NCBI GenBank assembly: GCA_963719225.1
Contig: CAVRAY010000001.1
Coordinates: 3,392,001-3,456,000, forward strand
DNA: 64,000 nucleotides
Reading direction: 5' to 3'
From: Thermoanaerobaculia bacterium
Lineage (GTDB): Bacteria > Acidobacteriota > Thermoanaerobaculia > UBA5066
This document shows, piece by piece, positions 50,146 to 61,214 of this stretch; positions within the stretch are counted from its first letter, which is position 1; each line of letters begins with the position of its first letter. Position numbers and translations under genes: made by a program. Below the pieces are notes generated by a model. It was given only the letters and a program-made list of their open reading frames with translations, did not search any database and had not been told where the DNA came from.

Positions 50146-50625
50146 TCATCCTTTCCGTCCCTTCCCGTGAAGCTTCTTCAAGAGCTGGATCTGGCCGGCG
50201 TGGTAGATGTCGTGTGCGGCCACACCCGAGATCACAGCTTCCGAGGTCCTGCGCCCGAGGCGCGCCCCGAAGGCGGCCTCGGGAAGGTTCTCCACGACCG
50301 CCCGCAGCTTCCGGTGCTCGCTCTCGAGAAGCGATTTCGCATCCGCGAGCGTGCGGCCCGTCGGCCGGACCGGCGCTGGAAAGAAGTTCGAGCCCTCGAG
50401 CATGAACGAACCGCGCTTCTCGCCGGTGAGCCGGCGCCGGACCGTGTACTTCCAGTAAGCGGCATGGAGAACGAGGTCGTAGATCGTGTGTCGCTTCGGT
50501 GCGGGCCGAAAGAACGCGACGGCCGGCGTCAGGCCGCGGAGCGAGCTCTTCAGGTTCGGGCCGTGCCAAGACGTCTGGTCGTAACCGCGGTCGAGGGTCG
50601 CGAGGAGATGCGCGCGAAGGTCCAT
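50146..50625 (-). CDS. DinB-family protein
   Basis: SWHGP, HTIYDLVLH, HDIYHAGQI. Confidence 0.88.
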   Translation of the reverse strand: MDLRAHLLATLDRGYDQTSWHGPNLKSSLRGLTPAVAFFRPAPKRHTIYDLVLHAAYWKYTVRRRLTGEKRGSFMLEGSNFFPAPVRPTGRTLADAKSLLESEHRKLRAVVENLPEAAFGARLGRRTSEAVISGVAAHDIYHAGQIQLLKKLHGKGRKG

Positions 50626-50676
50626 GGTGCTTGGTCTATCTCCGCGCGCCGCTTCTCGCAACCCCCGGAGGCCTCC

Positions 50677-51240
50677 TCATCGCCCAAGCGCAAACGTCTG
50701 GAGCACGTCGTGGCGGGGCGGGCCGGAACCGAGCGTCGACTGAACGAGGAGAAGGCGGTCGACACGAACGCGGCCGAGAGGTCCCACGACGACGGCGCTC
50801 CGGCGCACGGCCGCGGCGACCGCCGACGAACCACGCCGGTTCCGCGCGCGCGCCAGGGTGAGGTGCGGCGAGAACGGCCGAGCGTCGCCGGCGAATCCCC
50901 GGCTCTCGAGCGCGGCCGAGAGCGCCTCCGCGAGAGCGACGAGCGCCTCCCGGCCAGCGCTGCAGCCGACCCAGAGGACCTTCGCAGGACCCCGCGGCGG
51001 AAAGCACCCGACGCCCTCCAGCTCGAGGTCGAAGGGCGCCGCGGCCGCCGCCGCCGCGCCCGCGGCCGCGCGGACCTCCTCCACGCGCTCTTCGGGAAGC
51101 GTGTCGAAGAAGCGAAGCGTCAGGTGGCGCTGCGCCGCAGGCACCCACCGGAGCCCACCTTCGGGAAAGACCACGCCGCGAACGGCGAGGGACGCGTCGA
51201 GCAGGGGATCGTGAATGGAAACGGCGAGAAACGCGCGGAT
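50677..51240 (-). CDS. thpR: RNA 2',3'-cyclic phosphodiesterase (2H family); apparent ATC start
   Basis: HLTLRF and PHLTLAR 2H motifs; the conserved N-terminal strand IRAFLAV begins at 51240, upstream of the ORF-track start. Confidence 0.85.
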   Translation of the reverse strand: MRAFLAVSIHDPLLDASLAVRGVVFPEGGLRWVPAAQRHLTLRFFDTLPEERVEEVRAAAGAAAAAAAPFDLELEGVGCFPPRGPAKVLWVGCSAGREALVALAEALSAALESRGFAGDARPFSPHLTLARARNRRGSSAVAAAVRRSAVVVGPLGRVRVDRLLLVQSTLGSGPPRHDVLQTFALGR

Positions 51241-51474
51241 CTACGTCCTCTCCTTCTCGTCCTCCGTCTCGTCCTCGTCCGCGTCGGCGAAGAACCACGC
51301 CTTCGCGCAGGCCTTGCTGCAGAACGCCGCGTTTCCCGAGCGGATCGCGCAGTTCCGGCAGAAGGACTTGAAGCAGAACGAGCATTCCTGGATGAACACG
51401 CGCTCGAACATCTGGTCGCATTGCTCGCAGAAGATGTAAGGCGAGTCGTCCTCTTCTCCGTCGCGCCGCTTCAT
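51241..51474 (-). CDS. Small Cys-rich putative zinc-finger protein with acidic tail
   Basis: CEQC, CSFC-x3-FCRNC, FCSKAC; TATCAT -10 6 nt upstream. Confidence 0.7.
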   Translation of the reverse strand: MKRRDGEEDDSPYIFCEQCDQMFERVFIQECSFCFKSFCRNCAIRSGNAAFCSKACAKAWFFADADEDETEDEKERT

Positions 51475-51502
51475 GCGGGAATGATAAGGCGACAGGGAGA
51501 GA

Positions 51503-51579
51503 TGGTGGCGGCGGGCGGAATCGAACCGCCGACAAAGGGCTTATGAGACCCCTGCTCTGGCCATCTGAGCTACGCCGCC
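51503..51579 (-). tRNA. tRNA with CAT anticodon, most likely elongator tRNA-Met
   Basis: GGCGGCGTAGCTCAGATGGCCAGAGCAGGGGTCTCATAAGCCCTTTGTCGGCGGTTCGATTCCGCCCGCCGCCACCA folds as a 77-nt cloverleaf with encoded CCA; G1-C72 is paired, so not initiator. Confidence 0.93.
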
Positions 51580-51629
51580 CCGAAAAGGCGCGCCCGGGGA
51601 CCCGGGTGGAGGGCGGATGATAACGCACG

Positions 51630-52598
51630 ATGACGGAGCCGCTCGAGGACCGCTTCGCGCGACACGTCGAGGAGGGCCGCCTCTTCGCGGGCGCGCGCAC
51701 GCTCGTGGTGGCGCATTCGGGCGGCAGCGACTCCACGGCGCTTCTCCTCCTCACGACCGCATGGGCGTCTCCGCGCGGCGTCCGGGTCATGTCGGCGCAC
51801 GTCGCGCACGGCCTCCGAGGCGCGGCGGGCGACGCGGACGCGCGTTTCTGCGCACGGCTCGCCGCGACTCTTTCGGTGCCTTTCACGCTCCATTCCGTGG
51901 ACGTCCCCTCCGGACGGAGGAAGGGCGAGAGCGTCGAGGCGGCGGCGCGGCGCCTGCGGTACGCGGCGCTCCTCGACCTTTCGCGCGGCCTCGACGGCCC
52001 TCTCGTCCTCACGGGCCATACGCGCGACGATCAGGCCGAGACCGTCCTTCTCCACCTCGAGCGGAAGCTCGGCCGCGGCCGCGGCGGCATCCGCGCGCGC
52101 CGGAACGACGGCGTCGTCCGCCCGCTTCTCCCCTTCTCGCGCGCCGAGCTCCGGAAGTTCCTCGCGGAAAAAGGCGTTCCCTTCCGCGAGGACGAGACGA
52201 ACGAGAACGAGGTCTTCGCGCGGAACCGGATTCGCCGCAAGGTCCTGCCCGAGATGGAGCGAAGGGACCCCGGCAGGACCGCGCGGCTTGCGCGCGCGGG
52301 AGCGAAATGGGGTGAAAGGCTGGACGCGCTCGATGAACGGCTCGTCGAGGCGATGGCGAAAGAGAAGATTTCTTCGAAGGGTGTCTGGCCCCGTTCCTTC
52401 TTCGCCCGCCTCTCGCCCGAAGAGGCTGGCCGCCTGCTCGTGAGGGCGGCCGGAGCCGGCGGCCGCGTACCCGGAAAGGCCCAGCTGAAAAAGGTCCTGA
52501 GCCGCATCGAGAGAGGCGACAAGACCTTCGGCGAGGAGTTCGCGGGCGGGCGGATCGAGGTCGACCCTCGCCGCGTTCGGTTCGTCCCGCGACGGTAG
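51630..52598 (+). CDS. tilS: tRNA(Ile)-lysidine synthase
   Basis: SGGSDS PP-loop, EAAARRLRY, GHTRDDQAET, RNRIR. Confidence 0.93.
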   Translation: MTEPLEDRFARHVEEGRLFAGARTLVVAHSGGSDSTALLLLTTAWASPRGVRVMSAHVAHGLRGAAGDADARFCARLAATLSVPFTLHSVDVPSGRRKGESVEAAARRLRYAALLDLSRGLDGPLVLTGHTRDDQAETVLLHLERKLGRGRGGIRARRNDGVVRPLLPFSRAELRKFLAEKGVPFREDETNENEVFARNRIRRKVLPEMERRDPGRTARLARAGAKWGERLDALDERLVEAMAKEKISSKGVWPRSFFARLSPEEAGRLLVRAAGAGGRVPGKAQLKKVLSRIERGDKTFGEEFAGGRIEVDPRRVRFVPRR

Positions 52599-52654
52599 AT
52601 TTCAGCGCGCTTCGCGCGCCGGAGGATTTCTTAGAAGGTGATTAGGATAGGGAC

Positions 52655-54121
52655 ATGAGCATTCGCAGAAGCGCTCTTCTGGCGGCCTGCGCCGCCGCCG
52701 CCCTCTTCCTACTCGAAGAAAAATCCTCTTTCTCCGCCTCCTCCGCTCCGCCGCCTCCGGCATCGGCTGCCCCCTTCGACGCGTCGTTCACCGCACGCAC
52801 GATGCGCGTGGACCTCTTCCACACGGGCGGGCCGAAGGGCGAGATCGTGGCGCTCGATCGCGCCGTGAACGACGGACCGTGGCCGGGCAGCCGCACGCGC
52901 CTCCTCGACGAGACGAACCTCGGGACGCACTTCTTCGAGGTGCGCAGCGCACGCACGAACGGCGTCCTCTTTTCGCGCGGGTATTCCTCGATGTACGCCG
53001 AATGGGAGACGACCGGAGAACAGAAGAAGGCGTCGCGCACGTTCCCCGAGTCGCTGCGCTTCCCGTGGCCGAAAGAGCCGGTCCAGATCGTCCTGTCCCG
53101 GCGCGACGCCGCGGGCGCTTTCCAGCCGCTCTTCACGGCGACCGTCGACCCCGCCGCTGCGAACCTCGCCCCGCGCCCGCCGCTCGGGAAGGTCTGGACC
53201 GTCTTCGAGAACGGGCGCGCCGCGACGAAGCTCGACCTCCTGATGCTCGGCGAGGGCTACGCCGAAAAGGACCTTCCTAAGTTCCACGCCGACGTGAAGA
53301 AGCTCGTCGACCTCCTCTTCTCGTACGAGCCCTTCAAGTCGCGTCGCTCGGACTTCAACGTCCGCGCGCTGGACCTGCCGTCGGCCGAGAGCGGCGTCTT
53401 CCGGCCGGACTCGAAGATCTTCCGGCGCACGCCTCTCGGCGTCCAGTACGGGATCTTCGGGTCGGAGCGTTACGTCCTCACCTACGACGAGCGCGCGCTG
53501 CGGGAGGCGGCCTCGGCCGCGCCGTACGACTTCCTCGAGATCCTCGTGAACGACGCGCGCTATGGCGGCGGCGGCATCTTCAACGACCAGGCGACTGCGG
53601 CCGTCGACTCGTCGTGGGCCGAGTACCTGTTCGTGCACGAGTTCGGCCACCACTTCGCGGGCCTCGCCGACGAGTATTACGGGTCGGACGTGGCCTACGA
53701 GACGGGCGGCGAGAAGCCCGAGCCCTGGGAGCCGAACGTGACCGCCCTGAAGGACCCGAAGGCGCTGAAGTGGGCCGACCTCGTCGAGAAGGGGACGCCG
53801 CTGCCGACTCCGTGGGAGAAGGAAGCCTTCGAAAAGCAGACCCGCGCCATCCAGGTCGAGCGCAGGAAGCTCGTGGCTTCCGGCGCGCCGCCATCCGCGC
53901 TCGACGACCTCTTCCGCCGGCAGATGGCCGCCGATTCGAAGCTCCTGTCCTCGATGACGTGGTCCGGCAAGGTCGGGGCTTTCGAAGGCGCTGCATACGA
54001 GGCGAAAGGCCTTTACCGGCCGTCGGCCGACTGCATCATGTTCACGCGCGATCCGGGCGGCTTTTGTCCGGTCTGCCGGCGGGCGATCTCCCGCGTGATC
54101 GACGAGCACTCCCGGCCCTGA
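52655..54121 (+). CDS. Secreted peptidase M64 (IgA-peptidase family)
   Basis: GEGY, YGGGG, HEFGHHFAGLADEY zinc motif, GAFEGA, CIM...FCPVC. Confidence 0.9.
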   Translation: MSIRRSALLAACAAAALFLLEEKSSFSASSAPPPPASAAPFDASFTARTMRVDLFHTGGPKGEIVALDRAVNDGPWPGSRTRLLDETNLGTHFFEVRSARTNGVLFSRGYSSMYAEWETTGEQKKASRTFPESLRFPWPKEPVQIVLSRRDAAGAFQPLFTATVDPAAANLAPRPPLGKVWTVFENGRAATKLDLLMLGEGYAEKDLPKFHADVKKLVDLLFSYEPFKSRRSDFNVRALDLPSAESGVFRPDSKIFRRTPLGVQYGIFGSERYVLTYDERALREAASAAPYDFLEILVNDARYGGGGIFNDQATAAVDSSWAEYLFVHEFGHHFAGLADEYYGSDVAYETGGEKPEPWEPNVTALKDPKALKWADLVEKGTPLPTPWEKEAFEKQTRAIQVERRKLVASGAPPSALDDLFRRQMAADSKLLSSMTWSGKVGAFEGAAYEAKGLYRPSADCIMFTRDPGGFCPVCRRAISRVIDEHSRP

Positions 54122-54166
54122 GGGGCCCCCTTTCCCTCGAGGTCCCCCTGCTAGACTTACACGTCT

Positions 54167-54730
54167 GTGGCTCTTGTCACCGACGAGCTCTACGGCCCCC
54201 AGGACATCGCCCGACGCGTCGCAGACGTGGGCCGGAGGATCGGCCACGACTACCCGGATGGCAACATCGTCCTCATCGCGGTCCTGAAGGGCGCGGGATT
54301 CTTCGTCGCGGACCTGGCCCGCGCCGTGTCGCGGCCGGTGCGCTGCGAATACATCGACGTGCTGCGCGACGGGGAGAGCGAGAAGGTGGTCAACTATCAC
54401 TTCCTCGCGCCCTTCGACGTCGCGGACACCCATCTCATCATCCTCAAGGACGTGATCCGGAGCGGAGTGGTCGAGACCTGGCTGCAGAATCAGCTGCGGG
54501 AAGAAAAGCCCCGTTCCATCCGTTTTGCCTGCGTGGTCGATCATCCCCAGGACAGAAAAAGTGCGCTGCGCGCCGATTACGTCTTGTTTCCCGCCGAGGA
54601 AGCGGTCCTCGTGGGCTATGGTATGGAGTATCTGGGCGAGGGCGGGAACTTCCCCTTCATCGCGCAGGTCAGAACCGAAGGGGAGGCGCCGTTCGAGTCC
54701 ACAGCGGACCGCCGCGCCCGTGCCCGATGA
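54167..54730 (+). CDS. hpt: Hypoxanthine phosphoribosyltransferase-like protein (degenerate PRPP motif)
   Basis: VLKGAGFFVADL, VGYGMEY, position upstream of ftsH; motif reads LIILKDVIRSG. Confidence 0.75.
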   Translation: MALVTDELYGPQDIARRVADVGRRIGHDYPDGNIVLIAVLKGAGFFVADLARAVSRPVRCEYIDVLRDGESEKVVNYHFLAPFDVADTHLIILKDVIRSGVVETWLQNQLREEKPRSIRFACVVDHPQDRKSALRADYVLFPAEEAVLVGYGMEYLGEGGNFPFIAQVRTEGEAPFESTADRRARAR

Positions 54731-54772
54731 ACCGAATCCCGAGAGCCGGCGTATGAGAGGCGAGGGCACAAG

Positions 54773-56698
<1,926 letters not shown>

Positions 56699-56832
56699 GC
56701 GTCGCGCGCGCGACGGCGGCCATTTAAGGCTTTCTGCGAATGGTAATAGGGCTGGGCCACGGGCCGTTGCTTCGACGTCGCCCGAGCTCGTCCTAACCTT
56801 TCTAAGAAGAATCTCTTCGGCCTGCCGCCGAT

Positions 56833-56846
56833 GATGCATTTGCATC
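56833..56846. promoter_or_regulatory. Palindrome GATGCA-TT-TGCATC upstream of cstA
   Basis: Perfect inverted repeat that recurs at 60802 and, with one mismatch, at 63350. Confidence 0.55.
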
Positions 56847-56936
56847 GACGGCGAGAGCCCGGGCTCCGCCCTACTTTGAGGGTGGGCAGGTCCGCGTCAC
56901 CGAAGGGGACCCGTCGCCCGCGAAAGGAGCCCCCTG

Positions 56937-58856
56937 ATGAACACGCTCTGGATCGTCGTGATCGCGACGGTCGTCATCTACCTGGCCTACAACTTCTACG
57001 CGCGGAAGATTGACCGGGACATCATCAAATCCGACGCGCGGAAGGCGACGCCGGCCACGATGTACATGGATGGCGTGGACTTCATGCCCACGAGCAAGAA
57101 CGTCCTCTACGGCTACCACTTCAAGTCCATTGCCGCGGCGGGCCCGATCGTCGGCCCCATCACGGCGGCGAATCTGTGGGGGTGGTTCCCGTCCCTCCTG
57201 TGGCTCGTCATCGGGGTGAGCTTCATCGGATGGGTCAGCGACTACTCCGCGATCATGGTCTCGGTCCGGAACGACGGGAACAGCCTGAGCGCGATCTCGC
57301 ACAAGCTCATCGCCCCGCGCACGCGGACGATCCTCTTCATCTTCATCTTCTTCTACCTGATGCTCCTCGCCGGAGCGTTCGTCGGAATCCTCGCGGCGAT
57401 CCTCTCCGCCCGCCCGGACGTGCCCTTCGGAATCATCACCCTGGCTCTCATGGGGCTCCTCGCGGGCCAGATGATGTACCGCTGGAAGATGAACCTGATC
57501 CTCGTCACGGCGATCGTCGTGGCCGTGACCCTCGGCGCGATGGCGCTCGGGCCGTGGGGCCAGACGAAGAACGACAAGGGAGCTCTCGTGCAGGGACCGG
57601 TCGGCGCGGCGGTCGTCTCGCTGAACGCTTCCGTCGACAACCTGAACGCCAGGCAGCCGATCCTCTCCCTCGAGGATCCGACGAACGCGGACCCGCGCAT
57701 TCCGGCTCCCGGGCCGGACGGCAAGCGTCCGACCACGGCAGCCTACGACGCGGCCACGAGGCAGATCCGGACGCTTCCGAACTACCTCCTCTGGATGGTC
57801 TTCCTCTTCGCCTTCTCCTATTGCGGCGCGAACATGCCCATCTGGCGGTTCGCCCAGCCCGTCAACTACATCGGCTTCTGGGTCATGCTGATCACGATCG
57901 TCCTCTCGGCCATCGGCGCTGTCGTCGCCCCTCTGACGGGCGTCCTGGACGCGGGCGGGAAGGCGATCGGCGCCTTCGCCCTCACGGCCGTCAAGGACCT
58001 CGGCTTCACGGCTCCGGCCAAGCCGTTCACGGCGTGGCAGCCGCTCTGGCCGATGCTCTTCGTGACGATCGCCTGCGGCGCGATCTCCGGCTGGCACGCG
58101 CTCGTCGGCTCGGTCGGGACGGCACGGCAGCTCGAGTACGAGACCGACGGCCTCCCGGTCGGCGGCGGCTCGATGTTCGGCGAGTACACGCTCGCCCTCC
58201 TTTCGCTCGTGGCCGTCTCCATCGCGGGCGTCGGAGGCGGCGGCGGCAGGTTCGCCGCAGGCGTCGGGAAGCTGATCTACGCCGGCACCTTCAAGGCGAT
58301 TCCCGAGGTTTTCGGCACCGCGCTCGGGTTCGGCGCCTTCGTCGTCATCGTCCTGACGGTGACGCAGCTCGTCTTCCGCGTCATGCGCGTCACGCTCACC
58401 GAGTGGGCGGGCGAGGCGATTCCGCTCGTGCGCAACATGCACGTCTCGAGCATCATCTCGATGCTGCTGACGCTCGCCCTCGTCCTGACGGGCACCTGGG
58501 TCTACCTGTGGCAGATGTTCGGCGCGTCGAACCAGCTCATGGCGGCGCTGAGCCTCCTCGTCGTGACCGTCTGGCTCAAGTCGGAGAAGCGGAATCCGAG
58601 CTACGCGCTCTACCCGATGCTCTTCATGTACGTCACGACGCTCTTCGCCACGGCCGTCACGGCACGCAACCTCTACGTGACGATCGCGGCAAACCCGGCG
58701 ATGACCGGGCTCCCGGTCGCGGGCGCCTGGGCGATGATCGTCCTCGCGGGTCTTCTCATCGTCGCGGCGCTCTTCATCGGATGGGACGGCCTGAAGGCCT
58801 ACAGGAAGTACAGCGCGGCGCCGGTTCCGAAGCCAGTCGTCGCGGCGGCGGCCTAG
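56937..58856 (+). CDS. cstA: Carbon starvation protein A family transporter
   Basis: TPA...DGVDF, HFKSIAAAGPIVGP, TIACGAISGWH, WQMFGASNQL; AAAGGAG RBS. Confidence 0.93.
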   Translation: MNTLWIVVIATVVIYLAYNFYARKIDRDIIKSDARKATPATMYMDGVDFMPTSKNVLYGYHFKSIAAAGPIVGPITAANLWGWFPSLLWLVIGVSFIGWVSDYSAIMVSVRNDGNSLSAISHKLIAPRTRTILFIFIFFYLMLLAGAFVGILAAILSARPDVPFGIITLALMGLLAGQMMYRWKMNLILVTAIVVAVTLGAMALGPWGQTKNDKGALVQGPVGAAVVSLNASVDNLNARQPILSLEDPTNADPRIPAPGPDGKRPTTAAYDAATRQIRTLPNYLLWMVFLFAFSYCGANMPIWRFAQPVNYIGFWVMLITIVLSAIGAVVAPLTGVLDAGGKAIGAFALTAVKDLGFTAPAKPFTAWQPLWPMLFVTIACGAISGWHALVGSVGTARQLEYETDGLPVGGGSMFGEYTLALLSLVAVSIAGVGGGGGRFAAGVGKLIYAGTFKAIPEVFGTALGFGAFVVIVLTVTQLVFRVMRVTLTEWAGEAIPLVRNMHVSSIISMLLTLALVLTGTWVYLWQMFGASNQLMAALSLLVVTVWLKSEKRNPSYALYPMLFMYVTTLFATAVTARNLYVTIAANPAMTGLPVAGAWAMIVLAGLLIVAALFIGWDGLKAYRKYSAAPVPKPVVAAAA

Positions 58857-59710
58857 GAGGGTCCGCGAGCCCGGAGCGCGAGAACGAGAACGACCTTCTT
58901 CGGGGCCGGCGCGAAGTCTTCCGGCCGCCTGGAGAAGCCGTCGAAGAACGCGAGGGACAGGCGGTCTTCCTCCCGCTTGAAGATCACCCATCCCCCGCGT
59001 TCCCGCGAGGGCGGCACCGCGGCGAGCAGAAAAGAGTCTGGCGCGGCCGGATCGACGGCGAGAGTAAAACTGGCCGTCTCTCCGATTCCGTTCGTCGCGA
59101 CGAGCTTTCCGTCATGGAACGTCCAGGTGCCGCTCGAGAACTTTCGATCGGGAATGGCCAGGCCGTTCACCGTGGCGCTGCGCAGATCCCAGGTCCCGTC
59201 GAGGAGACGAAGGACGACACGCGCGCCGCCTGCGTCCGGCGAAACCGCGGTCACGACGTTCGTCGGCGCCGACGGCGGTCCCAGAGTCCCCGCGAGGGAG
59301 TCCGCCTCGGCCGGCTGGAGACCGGCGATCACGAGGACTCCATTCGTGATCCCCGCGACGACGACGGGCGCGGCGCGAAGCCGGCCAGCCACCACGATGC
59401 CGAAACGCCGCCCCACGTTTCGCGACGTCGCCTCGGCGAGCTTGCGCGTGCCGTCCGGCGTCAATACGAGCCGGATCTCTCCGCCTCCCCCCGGACCGCG
59501 TACCGCGTCGGCATTCGCTACAGCCGTTTCATCCAGCAGGGCGGCGGAATCCAGGGCGATCTCCTCGGCGCCGCCTCCGGGCAGGGCGAGGCGCCATATC
59601 CTCGAGCCGGGAGCGCCGGCCGACGTGACGAGATGGACGCCGAAGGAGCCGCCCGCCGCGGCGGCAGCGGATGAAAACGAAAAAATCGCAGCGCAAAGGG
59701 CTCGTCTCAC
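58853..59710 (-). CDS. Secreted hypothetical protein (SecDF P1-head-like + TIGR03067-like domains)
   Basis: LTPDGTRKLAEATSRNVGRRFGIVV; LDGTWDL...IFKREEDRLSLAF...RPEDF. Confidence 0.55.
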   Translation of the reverse strand: MRRALCAAIFSFSSAAAAAGGSFGVHLVTSAGAPGSRIWRLALPGGGAEEIALDSAALLDETAVANADAVRGPGGGGEIRLVLTPDGTRKLAEATSRNVGRRFGIVVAGRLRAAPVVVAGITNGVLVIAGLQPAEADSLAGTLGPPSAPTNVVTAVSPDAGGARVVLRLLDGTWDLRSATVNGLAIPDRKFSSGTWTFHDGKLVATNGIGETASFTLAVDPAAPDSFLLAAVPPSRERGGWVIFKREEDRLSLAFFDGFSRRPEDFAPAPKKVVLVLALRARGPS

Positions 59711-59719
59711 GTCGGGTTC

Positions 59720-60343
59720 CTAGGTCCGAAGCGCGCGCTCGCCGATCGTTCGCACCGCCGCGAAGACTTCCTCCGCGGGAGCGGACGCGGCGGGCAGGTC
59801 GACGTGGAGCTGCAGGTGAGGCTCGGTCCGGCGCACCGACAGGCGCCGGACCGTGAGGCCTCCGCCGCGGGCGAGCTCCAGGAGATCGTCGGCGAGAGGC
59901 AGCGTGCCCTCGACCTTGTAATAGACCGGCCGCGCGCCGCTTGCCGGGGCCTCGCGCACGGACCAGCGCTCCGAGCCCATGCGGCGGAGTGCATCGCGTC
60001 CCGCGAAGCTCTTGCGGTCGAGCGCCTCGAGATCGCCGTGCGGCGCGCGTCGCAGGCGCGCGCGGAGAATGAGCGCGTCGCGCCGGCCGCGGCTCCTCGA
60101 AAAACCCCAGAGCCACGGGACGTCGCGCGGCTCGAGGAAGATCACGAGCGTCACTTCCTCGAACGGGGCCTTGGGCTTCACGAGGGAGAGCTCGACCGCC
60201 GTCGTCCCGAGCCAGCGGACCGTCGTCCTCTCGCAGAGGAGGTGAAGCCCTCCCTGCATCCAGCGGAGAGTGGCCTTTCCCTTCCGCACGTTCCAGATGC
60301 TCCCGGCCGCGAACCACACCATGACGAGCGCGACCAGGAGCAT
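59720..60343 (-). CDS. Hypothetical membrane-anchored protein
   Basis: N-terminal hydrophobic helix; LEPRDVPWLW; plausible coding composition. Confidence 0.6.
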   Translation of the reverse strand: MLLVALVMVWFAAGSIWNVRKGKATLRWMQGGLHLLCERTTVRWLGTTAVELSLVKPKAPFEEVTLVIFLEPRDVPWLWGFSRSRGRRDALILRARLRRAPHGDLEALDRKSFAGRDALRRMGSERWSVREAPASGARPVYYKVEGTLPLADDLLELARGGGLTVRRLSVRRTEPHLQLHVDLPAASAPAEEVFAAVRTIGERALRT

Positions 60344-60415
60344 GAGCGGCGTGGACAGGTGGGACCTCCCGGCGATCTCTTCGCCGGCCGGAGACGATAG
60401 CAGAGCGTCCCAAAC

Positions 60416-60712
60416 GTGCTAGGGTTCTCTCGAGTGGAAACGCGCGGCAGCCGGGGAAAAGCGATCCGGGAGTTCCTGTACGGGATGTTCGGCTACGAGC
60501 ACGCGCAGCAGGCGCTCGAGATCCGCGCCTCCATGGAGTCTCTCTTCATGGTCGTCACGTTCGGCGACATGCTCGGCGTTCCGGTGATGCCCCCGTATTA
60601 CAGCCTCCGACTCCTGCCGCACATCGTCGGCAGCCTCGAGACCTGGAAGCGGCGCACGCTTCGCGAGCGGCAGTTCGGCGACGGCCACGACCAGCATCTG
60701 CACGGGGTCTGA
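60416..60712 (+). CDS. Small CstA-associated protein (cory-CC-star-like), copy 1
   Basis: LFMVVTFGDMLGVPVMPPYYSLRLLP...WKRR. Confidence 0.7.
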   Translation: MLGFSRVETRGSRGKAIREFLYGMFGYEHAQQALEIRASMESLFMVVTFGDMLGVPVMPPYYSLRLLPHIVGSLETWKRRTLRERQFGDGHDQHLHGV

Positions 60713-60801
60713 GAGCGGCTTTTTTCCCCGTCAAGATCGAGGAAGCGCCGGCGAGTCTCGCGACATCGCCGGCGTTGCCGTCTCCGGGCCACATTTCATT
60801 A

Positions 60802-60813
60802 ATGCATCTGCAT
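60802..60813. promoter_or_regulatory. Palindrome ATGCA-TC-TGCAT upstream of second small gene/ArsA operon
   Basis: Same motif as 56833, and similar spacing to a downstream CCTAC(C/T)TT...GTGGGC element. Confidence 0.55.
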
Positions 60814-60884
60814 CGCGCCCGGCGGCGCCGGTTGTCCTACCTTTTAGTGGGCCGGGTCGCGTCCGGCAGCGAGAGGAGAAGACG

Positions 60885-61172
60885 GTGTCCGACAAGAACA
60901 AAGTCGTCAGGCCGGGCGGCTTCAAGGGACTCTGGCACGGCTTCAAGGAAACCATCTACGGCATGTCCGCTCACGACATGAGCCGGGCGGCGCTCCGGAC
61001 GCGGGCCTCCATGGAGCACCTGTTCATCCTGATCACGATGGGAGACCTGCTCGGGATTCCCATTCTCCCGCCGTACTACAGCCTTCGGCTCCTTCCCCAC
61101 GTCGTTCCGCAGATCGCGACGTGGAAGCGCCGGATGCTCCGGGAGAAGGACGTCTCCGACGCGATGTTCTGA
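60885..61172 (+). CDS. Small CstA-associated protein (cory-CC-star-like), copy 2
   Basis: LFILITMGDLLGIPILPPYYSLRLLP...WKRR; GAGGAG RBS. Confidence 0.75.
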   Translation: MSDKNKVVRPGGFKGLWHGFKETIYGMSAHDMSRAALRTRASMEHLFILITMGDLLGIPILPPYYSLRLLPHVVPQIATWKRRMLREKDVSDAMF

Positions 61173-61214
61173 GGTCTTCCCGGAAAAAAGAGCCGTCGAG
61201 AAGGAGAACGCATC

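Noticed and set aside
51241-51243. Pyrrolysine or genetic-code reassignment of TAG
   Set aside because: TAG terminates several other genes normally (e.g. tilS, cstA, ArsA 2) and no pyl genes are visible
51503-51579. tRNA as an island integration site
   Set aside because: No duplicated tRNA 3' end or integrase was seen, and the flanking genes look chromosomal
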